Counted from the stretch's first letter, positions 24,481 to 39,037 are shown. The stretch: 64,000 bases of DNA from Massalongia carnosa (GCA_965645245.1 OZ287088.1:806001-870000); one strand, 5' to 3'. The notes: generated by a model from the sequence alone, not told the origin. Numbers and translations: made by a program.

Positions 24481-24775
24481 TCAGGAATTCGACTCGTTAG
24501 ATACAAAAACCGTTAGAACCACCGCATAAGCCGCGGACGTCACCATGGTCTCGTAATTGGAAACTTTGGAAAGAATCGAAAGCAGGAAACAAAAGATGGA
24601 AACAAATATAACCACCACGACCAAACAACTTTCCTGCGACTTCTGATAGGATAAAACGATCAGAGGAACGATGAGTATAGTTCCTGCAATTGCCGCTATC
24701 ACGAATCGAGTCACAGCCTCGGGGACTCGTGTAGTGTTCTGATAAGCCGAGAAATGGCTGTTTACTAGCAAACAT
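24481..24775 (-). pseudogene. C-terminal fragment of a DUF6594-like multi-TM protein
   Basis: Three hydrophobic segments ending SAAYAVVLTVFVSN, as I recall typical of DUF6594; 5' part replaced by a MULE-like TIR fragment at about 24784-24826. Confidence 0.65.
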
Positions 24776-25453
24776 TTACACAGGGAGGGGGACGGTCGGG
24801 GGGGGACTGTCCCTAAGCACCTCGCCGGTTAAAGAGATTACATCACAAGAAACAAAACTAGTTGTCTAACTTATACGCAATGAAATTGAAGCTATCGTCT
24901 AGTTGTATGTAATGGGCTACGAGACCAGTAAGCTTATCACGAGCGACACTGATCTCGAAAGGGGAAATGCTCAGCGTGAGAGGTGGAAGATAGCTACTAC
25001 GTGCTGGTCTCCGAGAGTATACGTGATCCAAAGAACTAATGGATGTGGAAGTGCTTAGACCTAGAGATCTCGTCCGAGACCCAAACGTAGTTTGTTCATA
25101 GAATAAAGACTAATTGCTATCGAATAATACATGATTCGTTCTGGTATTTATCATACTCACCCCAGGCCTATAGCCTTGGGAGCCTTGGAACCTTAGGAGC
25201 CTTGCAACCCACTTCTGACCTTATCGCCTTACATCCACCATCCCTCAGGATCCATCTACGAACTCGGCGTTCGCTGGATCATCTAGTCAGTCTCGAGCAG
25301 CCTTCTAGACCTTTCCTTGCAAGGTAGAACACTTCTACCTCCGGCTAGATCCCTCACTACATTGCTAGCCTGCCTCTAAACATAAAGTCTAGACGCCGAG
25401 GCTATGTAGCTTCATTTCGCCGTCACCACTACCAACGTAGCGATGGAAGGTTA

Positions 25454-26791
25454 CAGTCCCGTGCCAAAAGTCTGCGGCCCAACCCGTTATTTTCGAGATT
25501 TCGCGTTTTCAACTCATCAACCCCCTATCTTCCACCTCATCATTTCACCATGCTTCGTGCTTCTTTGACCCCCATAAGTGGTAATCGGCCTCGTAACTCT
25601 GAATTGACGCCATATCAACGTGGTATGATTGTTGGGGCCCAGGCGTTGGGGCACACACCGACCGAGATTGGGAAGACTCTTAATTTCACTAAATCGGCCT
25701 TGCAGAGCACCATTCAGAAGCACTCAATTCGCAACGACGGCGTGTCTAAATCACGTTCTGGACGGCCTGAAGTGCTGTCAGAACGCGATCGACGTTATAT
25801 CATCAAGCATGCACGAATCAATCCACGAATCACTTATGCACAAATAAAACTAGAAGTGGGGCTCGGCTGCAGTCGTACGACTATTTATCGGGCACTCAAA
25901 CTGTATGGTTTAACCAACTGGGTGGCTAAAAAACGTCCTTTATTGACGCCTGAGGTGGCCAAGAAACGATTGGATTGGTGCTTGCTGCGGCGTGAGTGGA
26001 CTTTTGAGCAGAGGTCAAGAGTTATATGGTCAGATAAGTGCTCGGTGGAAAAGGGGTCAGGAAAACAGCGTGAGTGGGTGTTCAGATTGCCGAAAGAAAA
26101 ATGGAATAAAGAGATGATACAACCTGTCCCCAAAGGCAAAGGAGTCAGTGTCATGGTCTGGGCAGCTTTTTAGGGAGATGACAGGCCAGATCTTTACAAA
26201 TTGGCTCGTGATTTTGCTGCGAAGAAGATGGGGTACTCGGCGAACTCAAATATGGAATTATTGAACGATAATCTGCTTGGAATTTGGCAACTGGGCCTCA
26301 TTTTCATGCAGGATAACGCACCTATACATAAGGCTAAAAGGGTGATGGAATGATTCAATGAGAACGGCATAGAGGTCATCGATTGGCCCCCCTATTCACC
26401 TGATTTAAATCCCATCGAGCACGTTTGGTATGTGCTCAAAAAGCTCGTCTATCAAGTCAACCTGAACATAGATTTGGTGATCGGCAGTGATGAAACTCTT
26501 CGTGAGGTACTTTGGAAAGGGTTAGAAGAAGCCTAGACGTTGATAGATGTGAAAATGATGAGGAGATTAATAGAGAGCATGAATAGGAGGATAAAAGCGT
26601 GTATAGCGTCGGAAAGATGGTATACTAAATATTAAAAATTAAATTTTGGGGGAATTCTTGTTTAGTATATATGTAATCATTATGTAAAGTTTCAAGACAT
26701 TTCAGCAATCGTGACGTGGTTGATTGTTGATTGAATAGAATGATTGAAATGTTGGTGGGGTGCGGGGCCGCAGACTTTTGGCCTAGTACTG
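25454..26791 (+). mobile_element. Tc1/mariner transposon; transposase 25550-26635 with in-frame stops
   Basis: TIRs CAGTCCCGTGCCAAAAGTCTGCGGCCC / GGGCCGCAGACTTTTGGCCTAGTACTG, TA flanks; WSD, FMQDNAPIH, WPPYSPDLNPIE. Confidence 0.93.
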
Positions 26792-27131
26792 TACCTCCCA
26801 CTGAATCTCTATCTACACTGCGGACCTGCCTCTAGACACAAGGTCTAGACCACAAGGCCATGTAGGTTCATTCAGCCGACATCACTACCAACGTAGCAAT
26901 AAAGGTGGAAGCTGAAGTTTACACCGGGGAGGCCGAGCTCAAGCTGCGTCCAGCTAGCCGTGCCTCCTGCTACAACTCTAGATCCATCAAGAGATCGAGT
27001 AGCTCCGAGTAGGCCAGTAGATTCCATATAGAGTTCACGGCTTCTCTACAGGAGTTCGCCTTACTCCATGGCAATCTACCACCACGGCCTCGACAGGTGT
27101 TTGATCTGTAAGCAGTCTAGAACGTAGTAAC

Positions 27132-27427
27132 TGTCAGGACAGCTTTCTATAAGACAGGAAGCGGTCGCACACTTCTGCAGGGGGTGCGCGGGAAGACACC
27201 CATGCGATAGTCTCAACCGGTCCATTCATGTAATAGCAATTAGTTTGACGAACGTGGTCTGATCAAGGTGGGGCTATAGGATAAACAGCCCTTCGCCCAC
27301 CTCTTTCGGAGGGCCACTGATCAATCTATTGATTACACTCCACCTACTGCTGTTCCATAGCGACCCCTATTATATTGTCCTACTACTGTAGAGCCATATA
27401 GTCACACTGTTCGTACTTCGCCTCACA
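27132..27427. mobile_element. Solo LTR (296 bp)
   Basis: TG...CA with TSD GTAAC. Confidence 0.88.
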
Positions 27428-29005
27428 GTAACAACTAATTCGGAGTTGTGTGGCAAGGTGGCGTCGTTTCAGCCTCGACGGCTATGGGACTAAGTACTAC
27501 GGCCTGGCTCATGCTAGTTAATCCCGCAACCGCCGTAGCCGATCACGTATCCTTCTAGCGCCATCCGAATTACATGTTAACGAATCCATAATCCTAAATC
27601 TAGGTTGGGAAAATGAAAGATGAACATCTTCTGTCTTGCCACTTTCGGCCTTTGACCTATCCGTTGATGATACTATCAAAGATTCAGATTGGGATCGAGA
27701 TGGATCACGTCTCAAGGAATTCAATATCTCGCATCACGGACTGGGTTCGACGAAACGTTTGTTTAATCACAGCGCTGATAATTCAAGTTCGCAGAGAAAT
27801 AAATTCACCAATAAGCATAATACTAATGAGCAGGACTCACAAGATACTGCAAAAATCTCTATGAAGCTATCCAAGTTGGAATATAATTATCTAAAGATTT
27901 TATTACAGCTAAAGACAAGGTCCATTTCTCATGAGCAATTGCTTATGGGGGCTAACCATCAGTAATCAATATTCTGTCACTCCTTATGAGGTGAACTGAT
28001 CATTTGGTGCATAAAACGAATATTTGGAAGGGAATAGTTTCGATCATTATCTATCGTGGGTGTTTTATGAACACCTACCGGCTAAACTGTTGGATTGTGA
28101 GACTATTTCCAGTGGTGAACCCTTCGAGCTGCACCCAATACGAAAAGAGATACAAACCAAGACTCCTAAGTCCTCTGTCACTCTTGATCGTTCCATTAAT
28201 CTAGAATACTGTCCGCGAGCTATAGAACCCCGTTGGAACGCTACCATGCCCTACCTGGTTCACCAGGAACGCCTTTCTTGGAAAGATTTCATTGCGATAT
28301 TTATCAAAAAGCTCCCCTTATACCTTGACATACGACGTTAACGATTCTAAAAAGGCGTTACTATTCGTAATAGGCTCGGACGTTCTAGCAGTCTGTTTGC
28401 GTGCGATCTTTTTGAATTTCAGCTTTCCGACTATACGAATCGAGCCCAATATACGTATCTATAGCCTTGTACAAGGTTTTCCTCATTAAAGTCATCACCC
28501 CCGTACCTCCCTTGCAAAAAACCCATATTGTTTAAGGGGGGGTAGTAGGCATGTGGAGCTTGACATAGATGCGGATTATGATTTGGCGAACTTTTCCATT
28601 CGCGATTTCTTGGCAGATTCGTTCGTTCGTTCGTGGGAGCAATCCTTCCAGCATCTACCCAGCATTCATCTATCCAGCTTCTATCTAGCATCTATCCAGT
28701 ACTCACTCTATCCTTATATCTAGGATTAGCATCTATCCATCTTTCTATCTATCATGATAAACATCTTACCAGTTAACAATAAGCCGAAAAGCACCATGAG
28801 TCAAGTAACAGAGGGAATGCAGTTGACGTACGAAATGCCCGTTATTTAGCTAGACTACGCAAGAGCATGCGGTTTTAGGGCAAGCCTAAACTAGAATGTG
28901 TTAGGCGGTTCCTGACTGCTCGGTTAAGCTGAGCGTTTATTATGGAGTGGGTAAAATCTCTTAAACTAATAAATTACCACTTCTACCTAAATATTTTTTG
29001 ATATA

Positions 29006-32000
29006 CAGTGCACCCTAGATATAATGATTATGATTATCCATGAGGTCAAATCGTTATAAGGAGAATATCGTTATACCTAAAGAAAGCTTGAATTCCCCCC
29101 ATTTACTATGTAAAATAGCTATCAATTATGGTTTATTTAAGCCCTTGCTTGGTCCTTTGTCCGATAACCCTTTCATGTCGATTTATACGTGAAATGAGCA
29201 CACTATTACCTTCATCCTGCTGTTCTTCATACAAACGGAGGGTTTGTAGAGCCAAAATAGCCTCATTTTGACGAATTCGAAGCATGATTACATCCTCCTC
29301 ATTGGTCTCATAAGCTCTTTCCTCCCTGCTGTACGAATTGACGATATCGTCGATCAAGACTTCCTCGGTGTCATAAAAATCCTCCTCTTGTAGATATAAA
29401 AACTGAGTAATAGACATCGCCTTTGCGATTCTATCCTGATAAACTAGATAATGTATATGTTGAGCCATACTAGAAATGACAGCGTAATATGAAGAATTAT
29501 CCTCCTTTACCTCTTGATGCTAGCCCATATTCTCCGCCTCCTCTCTGTTCATTGGACCATATTTAGCACTCGACACCCGAGATTTCACCCAGCAATTATT
29601 GATTGTCGTCTCAGGAACGTCCTGCTCCTATGCGTCAATCCCCCAACGAATAGCTTGTAAAACGTTCATTATTTTAGTGGGATCAGTATCTTTTTCGTAT
29701 TCAGAACAAATATAACGCAGCCATCTTCTTCGATAACGAGCTTTCCAGGCATGAATAATGCCTTGATCGAGAGGTTGACATAGAGAGGTTGCATTCGCAG
29801 GAAGGAAAAGGATTTTCGTGTTTGTAAGGCCAGCGGGAAAGTCTTCATACAAGAAATCGATGCCTGTTAACTCAATGAGTGAATGAATTTTTCAAATCGC
29901 GTTATAGCTGAATCACCTGCTTTATGAGCTGAAAATCTATCTATCAAAAGAATTACCTTTCGTTCAGTAATTCGATTATCAAACCAAAGCAAATCTTCTT
30001 TGAAAATTCGTCTAGTCATCCAGGCCTTTTGATTGAAACGCCAGCCCAATCGGAAATTGTGGATGTTAATGCCAGATCGTCCAAAACAGCGAAGATTTGC
30101 GGCTTTTCTAATAAAAAATAGAAGAAGTTTGTCCGTGCCGGTCACATTTATAGCGAAATTGACAGATATTCTGGCTTTTTCGTGTTTACCTCCAGGTGTT
30201 TGCTGAGTGGCAAGCGTACCATCCGGGCTCATCTTCCAAAAAAGACCTATCTCATCAAGATTGAAAATATCGCGATTATCATGTCCTTTGAGATGATCAC
30301 GTATATTCTTCAGCTCAGTCTATACGACTACATTATCAACAGTACCGACCTCGCCATATCTTCTATATTTTCTCATCCGATGTCGATTTTTTAAGCCATC
30401 CAGCAAGCCAGTAGAGAATTTGGGCAGTTCTTCGTTTTAATACGGATTGCGCTAGAGGGATACGTGATCGCCTATGGCGGTTGCGGGATTAACTAGCGTG
30501 GACCATGCCGTAGTACGAAGTCGCAGAAGCCGTCGAGGCTGACACACTGCCATCTTGCCCCGAAACTTCGGAGTTATTGTTATCACGTTCTTGACTACTT
30601 ACAGATCAAACACCTGTCGAGGCCGTGGTGGTAGATTGCCATGGAGTGTAAGGCGGACTCCTGTGGAGACGACAAGGAACTCTATATGGGATCTACTGGC
30701 CTACTCGGAGCTACTGGATCTCTTGATGGTTCAAGAGAGGTAGCAGGAGGCACGGCTCGCTGGACGCAGCTTGAGCTAGGCTCCCCGGTGTAAACTTCAG
30801 CTTCAACCTTTATTACTACGTTGGTAGTGATGTCGGCTGAATGAACCTACATGACCTCGTTGTCTAGACCTTGTGTCTAGAGGCAGGTCCGCAGTGTAGC
30901 GAGGTATTCAGTCGGAGGTAACCTTCCATCACTAGGTAGTGGTGACGGCGAAATGAAGCTACATAGCCTGAGGCATGTAGTGAGGGATCTAGCCGGGGGT
31001 AGAATTGTTCTACCTTGCAAGGGAAGATCTAGAAGGCTGCTCGAGGCTGACTAGATGATCCAGCGAACGCCGAGTTCGTGGATGGATCCTGAGGGATGGT
31101 TGGATGTAATGCGATAAAGTCGGATGTGGATTGCAAGGCTGTAATGCTCGCAAGACTCCCAAGGCTTGCAAGGCTCCTAAGGTTCCAAGGCTCCAAGGCT
31201 ATAGGCTTAGGGTGAGTAGGATAAATATCAGAACGAATCTTATAGTATTCGTTAGCAATTAGTCTTTATTCTATGAACAACCTACGTTTGGGTCTCGGAC
31301 GAGATCTCCAGGTCTAAGCACTTCCACATCCATTAGTTCTTTGGATCACGTATACTCTCGGAGACTAGCACGTAGTAGCTATCTTCCTCCTCTCACGCTG
31401 AGCATTTCCCCTTTCGAGATCAGTGTCGCTCGTGATAAGCTTACTGGTCTCGTAGCCCATTACATTCGTCAGCATATTAAGGAAGCTTACTCCAAAAGAT
31501 AGCGGCTATCTCTTTAAGAGTTTCTCCTGTTATTGTAGTTTCTTTTCACATCATTCGTTGCTGCCACTGGAATAAAGCGTCTTCGAGATCTGGCCATTGT
31601 GCTGCACGGTTTTTTCTGACCTCTAAACGCTACACTTTATTGTCTAAGTGAGCGAAAGTGGAAGAAAGTGACTCGGATATGGTCGATTGAGAGGGAAAAT
31701 GATAAAACTGCTGCTCGAACCACTGACGAAGTTGTTTATGGGGAGGTTCTACCATGTGATTAATCAAAATAGTAATCACGAGGAGCTTTTCGGCCCGCAT
31801 CGGTGATAGCGCGACGTCTTTTACGAAGTGGAGGAGGTGAAATGGAGGCCCTGAGGCCATTACTGGCTGATATTGAGGTAGACGAGGACATTTTGATTGG
31901 ATAAAAATAGTTCTGGTTATAATGATGCACACCAAAAAAATCCGAGAAGTGCTAACGATATCGGAACAAAGAAGTTATTGTTATTTGTCTAACAAAATAA

Positions 32001-32073
32001 TCGATTCCACAAGGTCAAATCGCTATAACCAGATTAACGTTATAACTAAGATCGTTATAGCTAGGGTGCACTG
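29006..32073 (-). mobile_element. pogo/Tigger (CENP-B-like, DDE_1) transposon, decayed, split by a 1-kb LTR
   Basis: TIRs CAGTGCACCCTAG.TATAA.GAT at both ends with TA flanks; KAWMT, LLIDRFSAH, FLPANATSLCQPLDQGII. Confidence 0.9.
30436..31464 (-). mobile_element. ~1-kb solo LTR, inverted copy
   Basis: Reverse complement of the 62449-63476 family; TSD TTCGT on both sides. Confidence 0.9.
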
Positions 32074-32075
32074 TA

Positions 32076-32845
32076 CCCAAATTATGGTTTACAATGGATG
32101 AATTGTCCTGCATGAACGTGAGACCCGATTCCCAAATTCCTCGAAGATTTTCGTCCAAAATTTGCAGATAGGAGTTAGCGGAGTTACCTCGCTGTGCAGT
32201 TGAATCACAAGACAATTTCACTAAATTAGAGCGACTATTCCCCCAAAAGGCAGCCCAAACCATGACGCTGACATCTTTTCCTTTCTTGTAAGGCTGAATC
32301 ATCTCTCAATTGCTACATTTTCCTCTGCCTCGCTCTACCAAATATTAACTTCTATTCGTCTTAAGTCCAGTCCCGTCGGTCCTAGCACCATGCATATCTT
32401 TTCCCCGCTTTTTTGCCAGCCAATTGATTATGCTATAGTTACTCTTTGAGGACTCGATAGATCGTTTTACAATGAAATTTGACCCCAGTCATTTCTATCA
32501 GCTCCCTGTTGGTTATTTTGGGCTCGAGGCGTGTAGTTATTATTATATGACGTTCATCGCGGTCACTGATTGATTTGGGACGACCGGATTTCTTACGTGA
32601 TAAGGCCTGAGCGAGAATGTACCTGACTGTTGATTCACGAACTCCAGAGGCTCCCAAACTAGCTGCTCCCACCAAAGTTCCTCTTTGATAAGGAGTCAGT
32701 CTTGGGAACACGATTTGCAGATATGGTAGCTAAAGGTGTTCGTACCATGGTAGTAGGATTTTTACAAATGAATTGGTAGATGAAATTGCGACACGAAAAT
32801 TAGGAAATTTCGCTTAATCGCGTAAACTTTTGTCCGTGTATCACC
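32076..32845 (-). mobile_element. Tc1/mariner remnant
   Basis: LTPYQRG, SGRPKSISDRDER, SVMVWAAFWG and FMQDN fragments, homologous to the 25550 transposase. Confidence 0.8.
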
Positions 32846-33269
32846 TTACTTGTTCCAGTAATAGAAAAAGACTGCTGCATAGCAACTCTTCATCCTTAAC
32901 ATTATGGTCATACATATCTTTATTGCTACATAGCCATATAGCCATAGCCATAGCCATATACCTATTCAAAAAAGGTATATCAAGTGCTAAACATACCTCT
33001 ATCGCGTTTCAAGAAAAGATTATATGATATTAATATTATAAATTCTCAGCTTTCTTGACTGACATATTTTCATTCAAGTCCATGTCTATAACCTTTAACA
33101 TCTGTATTGTTTTTCATCCTCTAATTTTATTTTGCTAGTCATGTTTTTCCAATTCTTCTATTTCGTGTTGGTGAGAACATAATCGCCTTATGATATCTCT
33201 GATACCATAATCGGACCTACGAATATAAATATAACACAAGAAAAATTGCGGGAACTTGTAGTTGGTCGG

Positions 33270-33660
33270 ATACACCCTTGCCATAGGTACAGAGATGTCT
33301 ATCTTTTTAACAGGAGCCGTATTCGGGGTTTTTCTCGTCGCATCTTCTCTTTTTCAGGTGACAACAATTATCACATGCCTAAGACGATAAGTAAATAATT
33401 TTCATTGATCAATCTATCAGAACGTACCTCTGCTTTGTTCGCGTTATAATTCGTCGCTTCGCAGGTTTTAATTGTCTAGAGAAGGTGGTTGTACTTATAG
33501 ATGATTTAATAGGGGCGGTGGGAGTGTTGTTGGGTTGTGCGTTATCATAGAAGAAAATTCCCGTGTAATCATCATTGAAGAGTTGTTGTGAACACGAAAG
33601 TTTCAATTCATTACCGGCGAAATAGTTCCAAGATGGGTAAGACATGTGCTGAATGTTCAA
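33270..33660 (-). pseudogene. Degenerate Zn(II)2Cys6 transcription factor fragment
   Basis: After an intron-like GTACGT...TAG, 33378-33280 reads ACDNCCHLKKRRCDEKNPEYGSC*KDRHLCTYG: binuclear-cluster spacing with one C>Y change and one stop. Confidence 0.7.
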
Positions 33661-35787
33661 CTTCTACCAGCACTGCCTAGCCGATAGATTAGATAGGATC
33701 AGATCTTATCTAATCGCATAGAGGCTCGGATAAACTATTATCATCTCGCTTAGCAGAGGTGACCAAGATAAAATGAATAGATTGCTCTGCACTCCGTAGC
33801 AACTTTGCATCCTTAACATCATAGTCATACAGGCCCCTATCTTTGTATAGTTATATAGTCATAGTTATAGACCTATTCAACAACATAGAAGCGTAAGTGT
33901 TTTCATGCCCGAATCATGAAGACTTAGGTCGTAGCTTTCCTGTCTTAATATATAGGTACGTAAAATAGGGAATCAATATCGCTACACCACTTTGTTATAC
34001 TGCATCTCCAACTCCCATCCTCCCAAGAAGAAAAGGGGAAAAGATAGTTTCAGCTTTGACATGTAGACAGCAATTATACTTTTACAAAGTGTGGTTTTAT
34101 TGGTCAGAAACCCTGATAAACAAGCTGAAACGTAGTTATCATATCCCGAGTGGCTTTACCCCTACGGGAATCCTTCACAACTTGGCCACTCGCCTTTTGC
34201 AACAGAGACACGAAACATATTGGAATAAACGTCCGATGAAACAAAGAACAATGGGAAGGAGATTGATTGTTAAGATTAGAGATTTGAAATATCTGATTGG
34301 TAGAAGAGTTTTCGAAGGCAGTTGGCAGTCACATATTGTTGATCTATCCTGGAGGCTCTAAGCTTCGAATCAAATATTTCAACCATGTATCATATTAAAT
34401 ATTGAGGCTACCATCAATATTGTCACGGTACGAGGTCAGGTAGAAATTCAGATGGTGCAAACGTATTACTTGATTGTCTAGCTAGGTGGACAAGACGTTC
34501 GACAAGGAGAAAAGAAACAGAAAATCTAACGTGGGCGAGTATAAGACTCTGGTGAACGGAACTAGTCCCAATCAAGCCGTTGATCCAATTTCCCAAGTCC
34601 CTGGCAGGAAACTATCGCCATGACACTATTGACAGTCCGAACACTTACCTTTGCCCTGACTGAACCGAATTAAGCTTAGCTCCTTTCGGATCGGCTAGCC
34701 GGCTAGTGCTTCGTTGAAGCAGCTAGTGTTGAGGTTGATTCAATGAACTAACTGGCAGGTGCCCAGTCACTCCATGACAGATCTAGGCATTGTCAAGGAC
34801 TGGGTTAGGGATTGAACTAATGTTCCTAAGACTGGGATTGGGTGATCAAGATATCTTTATTAATGAAGCTATAGCTATGGGATGGTTTGCTATACAAGAC
34901 GTTGGACGAGGAGTCAACTATCTACAGGATATGTCCTCTTTTTATACCTGAGCCAGCCCCTTCTTTCTCATGTTTTACCTTCACCCTAGATGAGAGATTT
35001 TGGTGATGGTGGTGGCGATAAGGTGGAGCGATAAGTGGGCCCGTGGATGTAATCGTTCTAGCGATAAGAGGTTATAGTGGAGTGAGGAGATTTGTGGAGT
35101 AGAGTAAGGGGTTTATTCAGACTCATACCGAGGATGAATCTGAATAGGCTTTCAGGTGGCTTTTACCTCGATCGCCGCTTGACGGTTCGGTAGTCATTAG
35201 GTTTTAACTCAAACTTTATTTCATGACAGGCATCCATCGTGAGTCCCGCGGATGCCTGCCAGGCACCTATAAGAGGTACCTAATAGGCAGCTATGGGAGG
35301 CCGACAGCATCACTGTTATGTGACTACTATAAAAGCAGGTAGATAGCCCACATAGATAATTACCTTCAATGACAATCATGCTATTATACCTACACGTGAA
35401 TTTTACTATTCATCATATCAGTAGCCAATCAACAGATTTTTCAACAGCAATTAGCTTGCATGCTTTAACTTATGTTACGTTATAAGTACCCGAGAGTAGA
35501 TATAATAGTCATATTCCCATAATTTTTGAGTCGTTTTGCCGTAGTAAAATTAAGCGTGTTGCAAATAGAGATAAATACGAGTATCATCTATTTATCCGCC
35601 AGCGCTGACATCACAGGATGTGGTATCGTACAGCTTGAGAATCCTCGTGTAGTGCTTGTCCTTCTCTGTTAATCTATCGATCCCGATTCTACCCCTTGAT
35701 TCCCTTTGAGAAACAATATCATTTAGGCCTAGAGGGCATAGTAAAAACAATACATGTCATCCGGGACAAGTGTTTGGAGTTAGATGC

Positions 35788-36445
35788 TGTTAGGGGGTCC
35801 GTACCCCTTATATGATACAATATAAGGGAAAGATAAAGTTATTAAGAACTAATTTTTTGGAGAATATATTCAGGAGATTAGCGGTCACATGACCCGCCAT
35901 GGGTCACATGACCCACGAACCCCTATTAGATAAATCCCTCAGTTAGCTAGCCTAGGCCTCCTATATATCAATACAAACCACTCTTTTTCACCCATACTCT
36001 AAATTAGCCCATATTCCTTGATTGTTATGAGCCCCATGAGCATAGAAGCTTCAAATTCCTACTCGTTGATCTAGTTGAATAAATCTCTATTCCCAAAAAG
36101 CTCTAACAAAACGATCAAATTGGAGGAGACAAACAAAGCAACGATGATCGCCCTAACTCCCAAGAATTATCATCTATGGATTAGGGAATTACAAGGAATA
36201 TCCGAGAAAGCGAATATGGCAATATATGGACCCCAATGGTTCGAAACCGGAGCCTGAAGAGGGAGAATATCCGGAAGTTTAACAATATCAAGTCACTATT
36301 CAAGCATAGCCAGCAGGTGGAATTGCTTACCCTATTATAGAAGGTTGAGTTGTAATAGCCACGAAATCGGCTGAGAAATACGGCGATTTATTGGCTGAGT
36401 AAAAGGAGGACTATAAAATGGAGAAATCAGCCTATAAGATGAAGG
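35788..36445 (+). mobile_element. 5' remnant of a second copia element (LTR, PBS, start of gag)
   Basis: TGTTAG start, GTTATGAGCCC PBS at 36024-36034, gag-like LTPKNYHLWIREL. Confidence 0.65.
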
Positions 36446-36449
36446 AAAA

Positions 36450-37590
36450 ACAGGTGGTTATAGAAACCTCTTTACCTTGGGCTAGACCCAGTAAGTACGC
36501 CAAACCCTTTTGGAATAATAAATGCAGTGTGATCACGAAAGAAACTCGTAGGCTCAGACTTGTCTGGTCCAATTCCAGAGACATTTCTGATTGGATAACA
36601 TATACAAAATCCAATCACAGAAAACAAAAAATCATTGAAAAGGCTAAAAGACTGTCGTTCCGCAAGGAAATAGAAAAAGCAACCGAATCGCCTACCTGTC
36701 TCTAGCGACTAGCCAAATGGGCGAAAGACAAAAGTGACAAGACAAGAGAAATTTCCAAAATGCCCAATCTCGTTCAAGACGACCAAATAGCCGAGACGTT
36801 CGAGGAGAAATCGGACATGCTAAAACAGAAATTCTTTCCACCCTCCCCTCCGGCCGACCTCAGCGACATAGAGGGTTCATTATACCCCAGCCCGCCACAA
36901 TGTCCAATGATTATAACCAAACTAGAGGTGACGGAAGCCATAGGCCGACTCAAGCGCGATACTGCCCCGGGTCCGGGCGGAACAGCCAACAGAATTGTAG
37001 AGGCATGCTCGGAAAAGCTAGTCGAAATTGCTCGGAAAAGCTAGTCGAAATTACTCACCCCACTGTTTTAAGCATGTGTAGAACAAGCATATCATCCTCG
37101 TGCATTCAAACCCGCTAACACAATCACGCTCAAGAAAACAGGCAAGGATGACTGTTCGACCCCGAAGGCCTATCGACCCATAGCACTCCTAAACACGCTT
37201 GGATAATTAATTGAATCCATTATTTCACAAAAAAAAACCCATCTAGCGGAAACCCACCGACTCCTGTCTGACACCTGGATGGGCGCTAGACGAGGAAGAT
37301 CAACATAATCTGCACTAGAATTGTTGACTGAACAAACTCATACAGTGTGGGGCCAAGGCATCGACAAAGTAGCCATATTATTTAGCATGGACGTAGTAGG
37401 AGCCTATGACTCGGTGACATATCGAAGACTGATTCACAATCTTCGCAAAAGAAAAATCCCAAAATGGATCACTGACTGGGTATACAGTTTTCTGAATGAA
37501 AGAAGCACTACCCTGGCGATTCACAGCCGAGTCACGGGCATATTCGATATAAAAACCGGAATCCCACAAGGCTCCCCTATTTCTCCTATT
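36450..37590 (+). mobile_element. Non-LTR retrotransposon (Tad1-like LINE) RT fragment, decayed
   Basis: KPFWN, FFPPSPPADLSDI, APGPGG, YRPIALLNT, GIPQGSPISP, with stops and frameshifts. Confidence 0.88.
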
Positions 37591-38890
37591 CCTAATAAAT
37601 TTATTGATTTACAACTCTCTATTCGTACATTTATCATGAATCTATATAGTAGTCACGCCGTTATACTTGACCCCTAGGTAGTCAGTAGATGATGATGCAG
37701 GTAGAGATATAGGTGATGAACAGTTTGATTTTAGATGTTTTGAAGCTAGAAAATAAGCGATCGGAACTACCGAGGGTTCAGACAGCTATGCCTGATTTGT
37801 CCAACCCTCTCGGACGCCGACGGATATATCGGACATCCAAGTTTGTCCGAAACCCGGCCCGATTGCCAGCCTACTCATGTTTACTATAATATCAGAAAAA
37901 TAAGACAAATTGTTAGATGAGACAGCTATCCAATGTGCTCTGCCAGACGGCAATATAACGGCACGTCTCAAGTCATCCGCACACGGCTAGCTAATAAGGT
38001 AGTACGGTAGGGAGATTCAAGGTAAACCTGCCCTGCCGCTGTGCCTGCTCTCTATCTTATTTATCTCTTATCTATCTAGCTATATAGACATAGTAGATGT
38101 CACGGACAATGTCTAGATAGGGAGATATGCAAGAGTTACTATTAGAAAGCTAGGTCTAGGGATAGTATACATGACGTCCGACGAAGAGCTCCAAACACCT
38201 GAGAAACCACATAGGTTTTATAGCCATTGCTTCCAACTCCCCTATTCTTGACTTGCCCTCATCTCTGTTCCTGTTCTAATTTCCTAACCATGATCGCTTT
38301 GACCTATTCCGCCTTTCTCCATGCCGAAGCAATTTCTCTCTGCTGGGCAATCCCAGTCGTAGGCTTGGATAGTGGAGACGTTGATATTGGATTCGGGATA
38401 TAGGAGTTTGGGAGTGCACTAAAGGCAGCAGAAGAACGTCTGAACACATAGGATGGGATTTCAGAATAGTTTGGAATAACGGGCCACGGTTCTATTTAAC
38501 ATGCAGGGCAGGTTTCACGGCAAGAGAGCCTGTTAAATTCTAACCCGATCAGGAAACGTGGGAGGGTGCGAGGTAATTCCATGACAGTAGATAGTAATCT
38601 AGATAGAATAATCAATCCTTCCTATAAATACTATTACCTGCCTATTTAACTCAACACAAGTGTGATTTCAATTGACAAGTTTAATAAACTCAAGAATGTA
38701 ATGAATCTAATAATTATTTATGAGTATCTATTTTATTGTTTTACAGATATCGAGATTGTATTCGCAATAAAATGGTTCAAAGACTCCATGATTATTTCAT
38801 CGATTATAAATCTACTTTCTAATACTTCAATAAAAATTCTAATGAGCAGTTCTTCTTAAAATCAGTTCTACACTATATTAAGATCATGCA

Positions 38891-39037
38891 TACGCCGCGC
38901 AACGAGTCAGATTTGTCTACTCAAAACACAGTTCGTTTGTGACGAATTCTATGATTTTTGATATTCGGATTGAGTTTTGAAAATAAAATTCGATAACGAA
39001 AGAGCAATTTTGTGACGAAAATTCAATCTGCGGCGTA
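38891..39037 (+). mobile_element. hAT-type MITE, hypermutated copy
   Basis: TACGCCGCGC...GCGGCGTA, TSD ATCATGCA/ATAATGCA; aligns with the reverse complement of 24208-24359. Confidence 0.8.

Larger units (their letters stand above)
24908..27574 (+). mobile_element. ~1-kb solo LTR copy containing a Tc1 element and another solo LTR
   Basis: Begins TGTAATGGGC, ends ATTACA; colinear with 62449-63476 once the inserts are removed. Confidence 0.88.

Noticed and set aside
24908..27574. Full-length LTR retrotransposon
   Set aside because: It is one LTR split by inserts; no gag or pol.
27575..28340. Possible gene in ORFs 27636-27965 and 28024-28341
   Set aside because: Short, interrupted, no recognisable motif; left unannotated.
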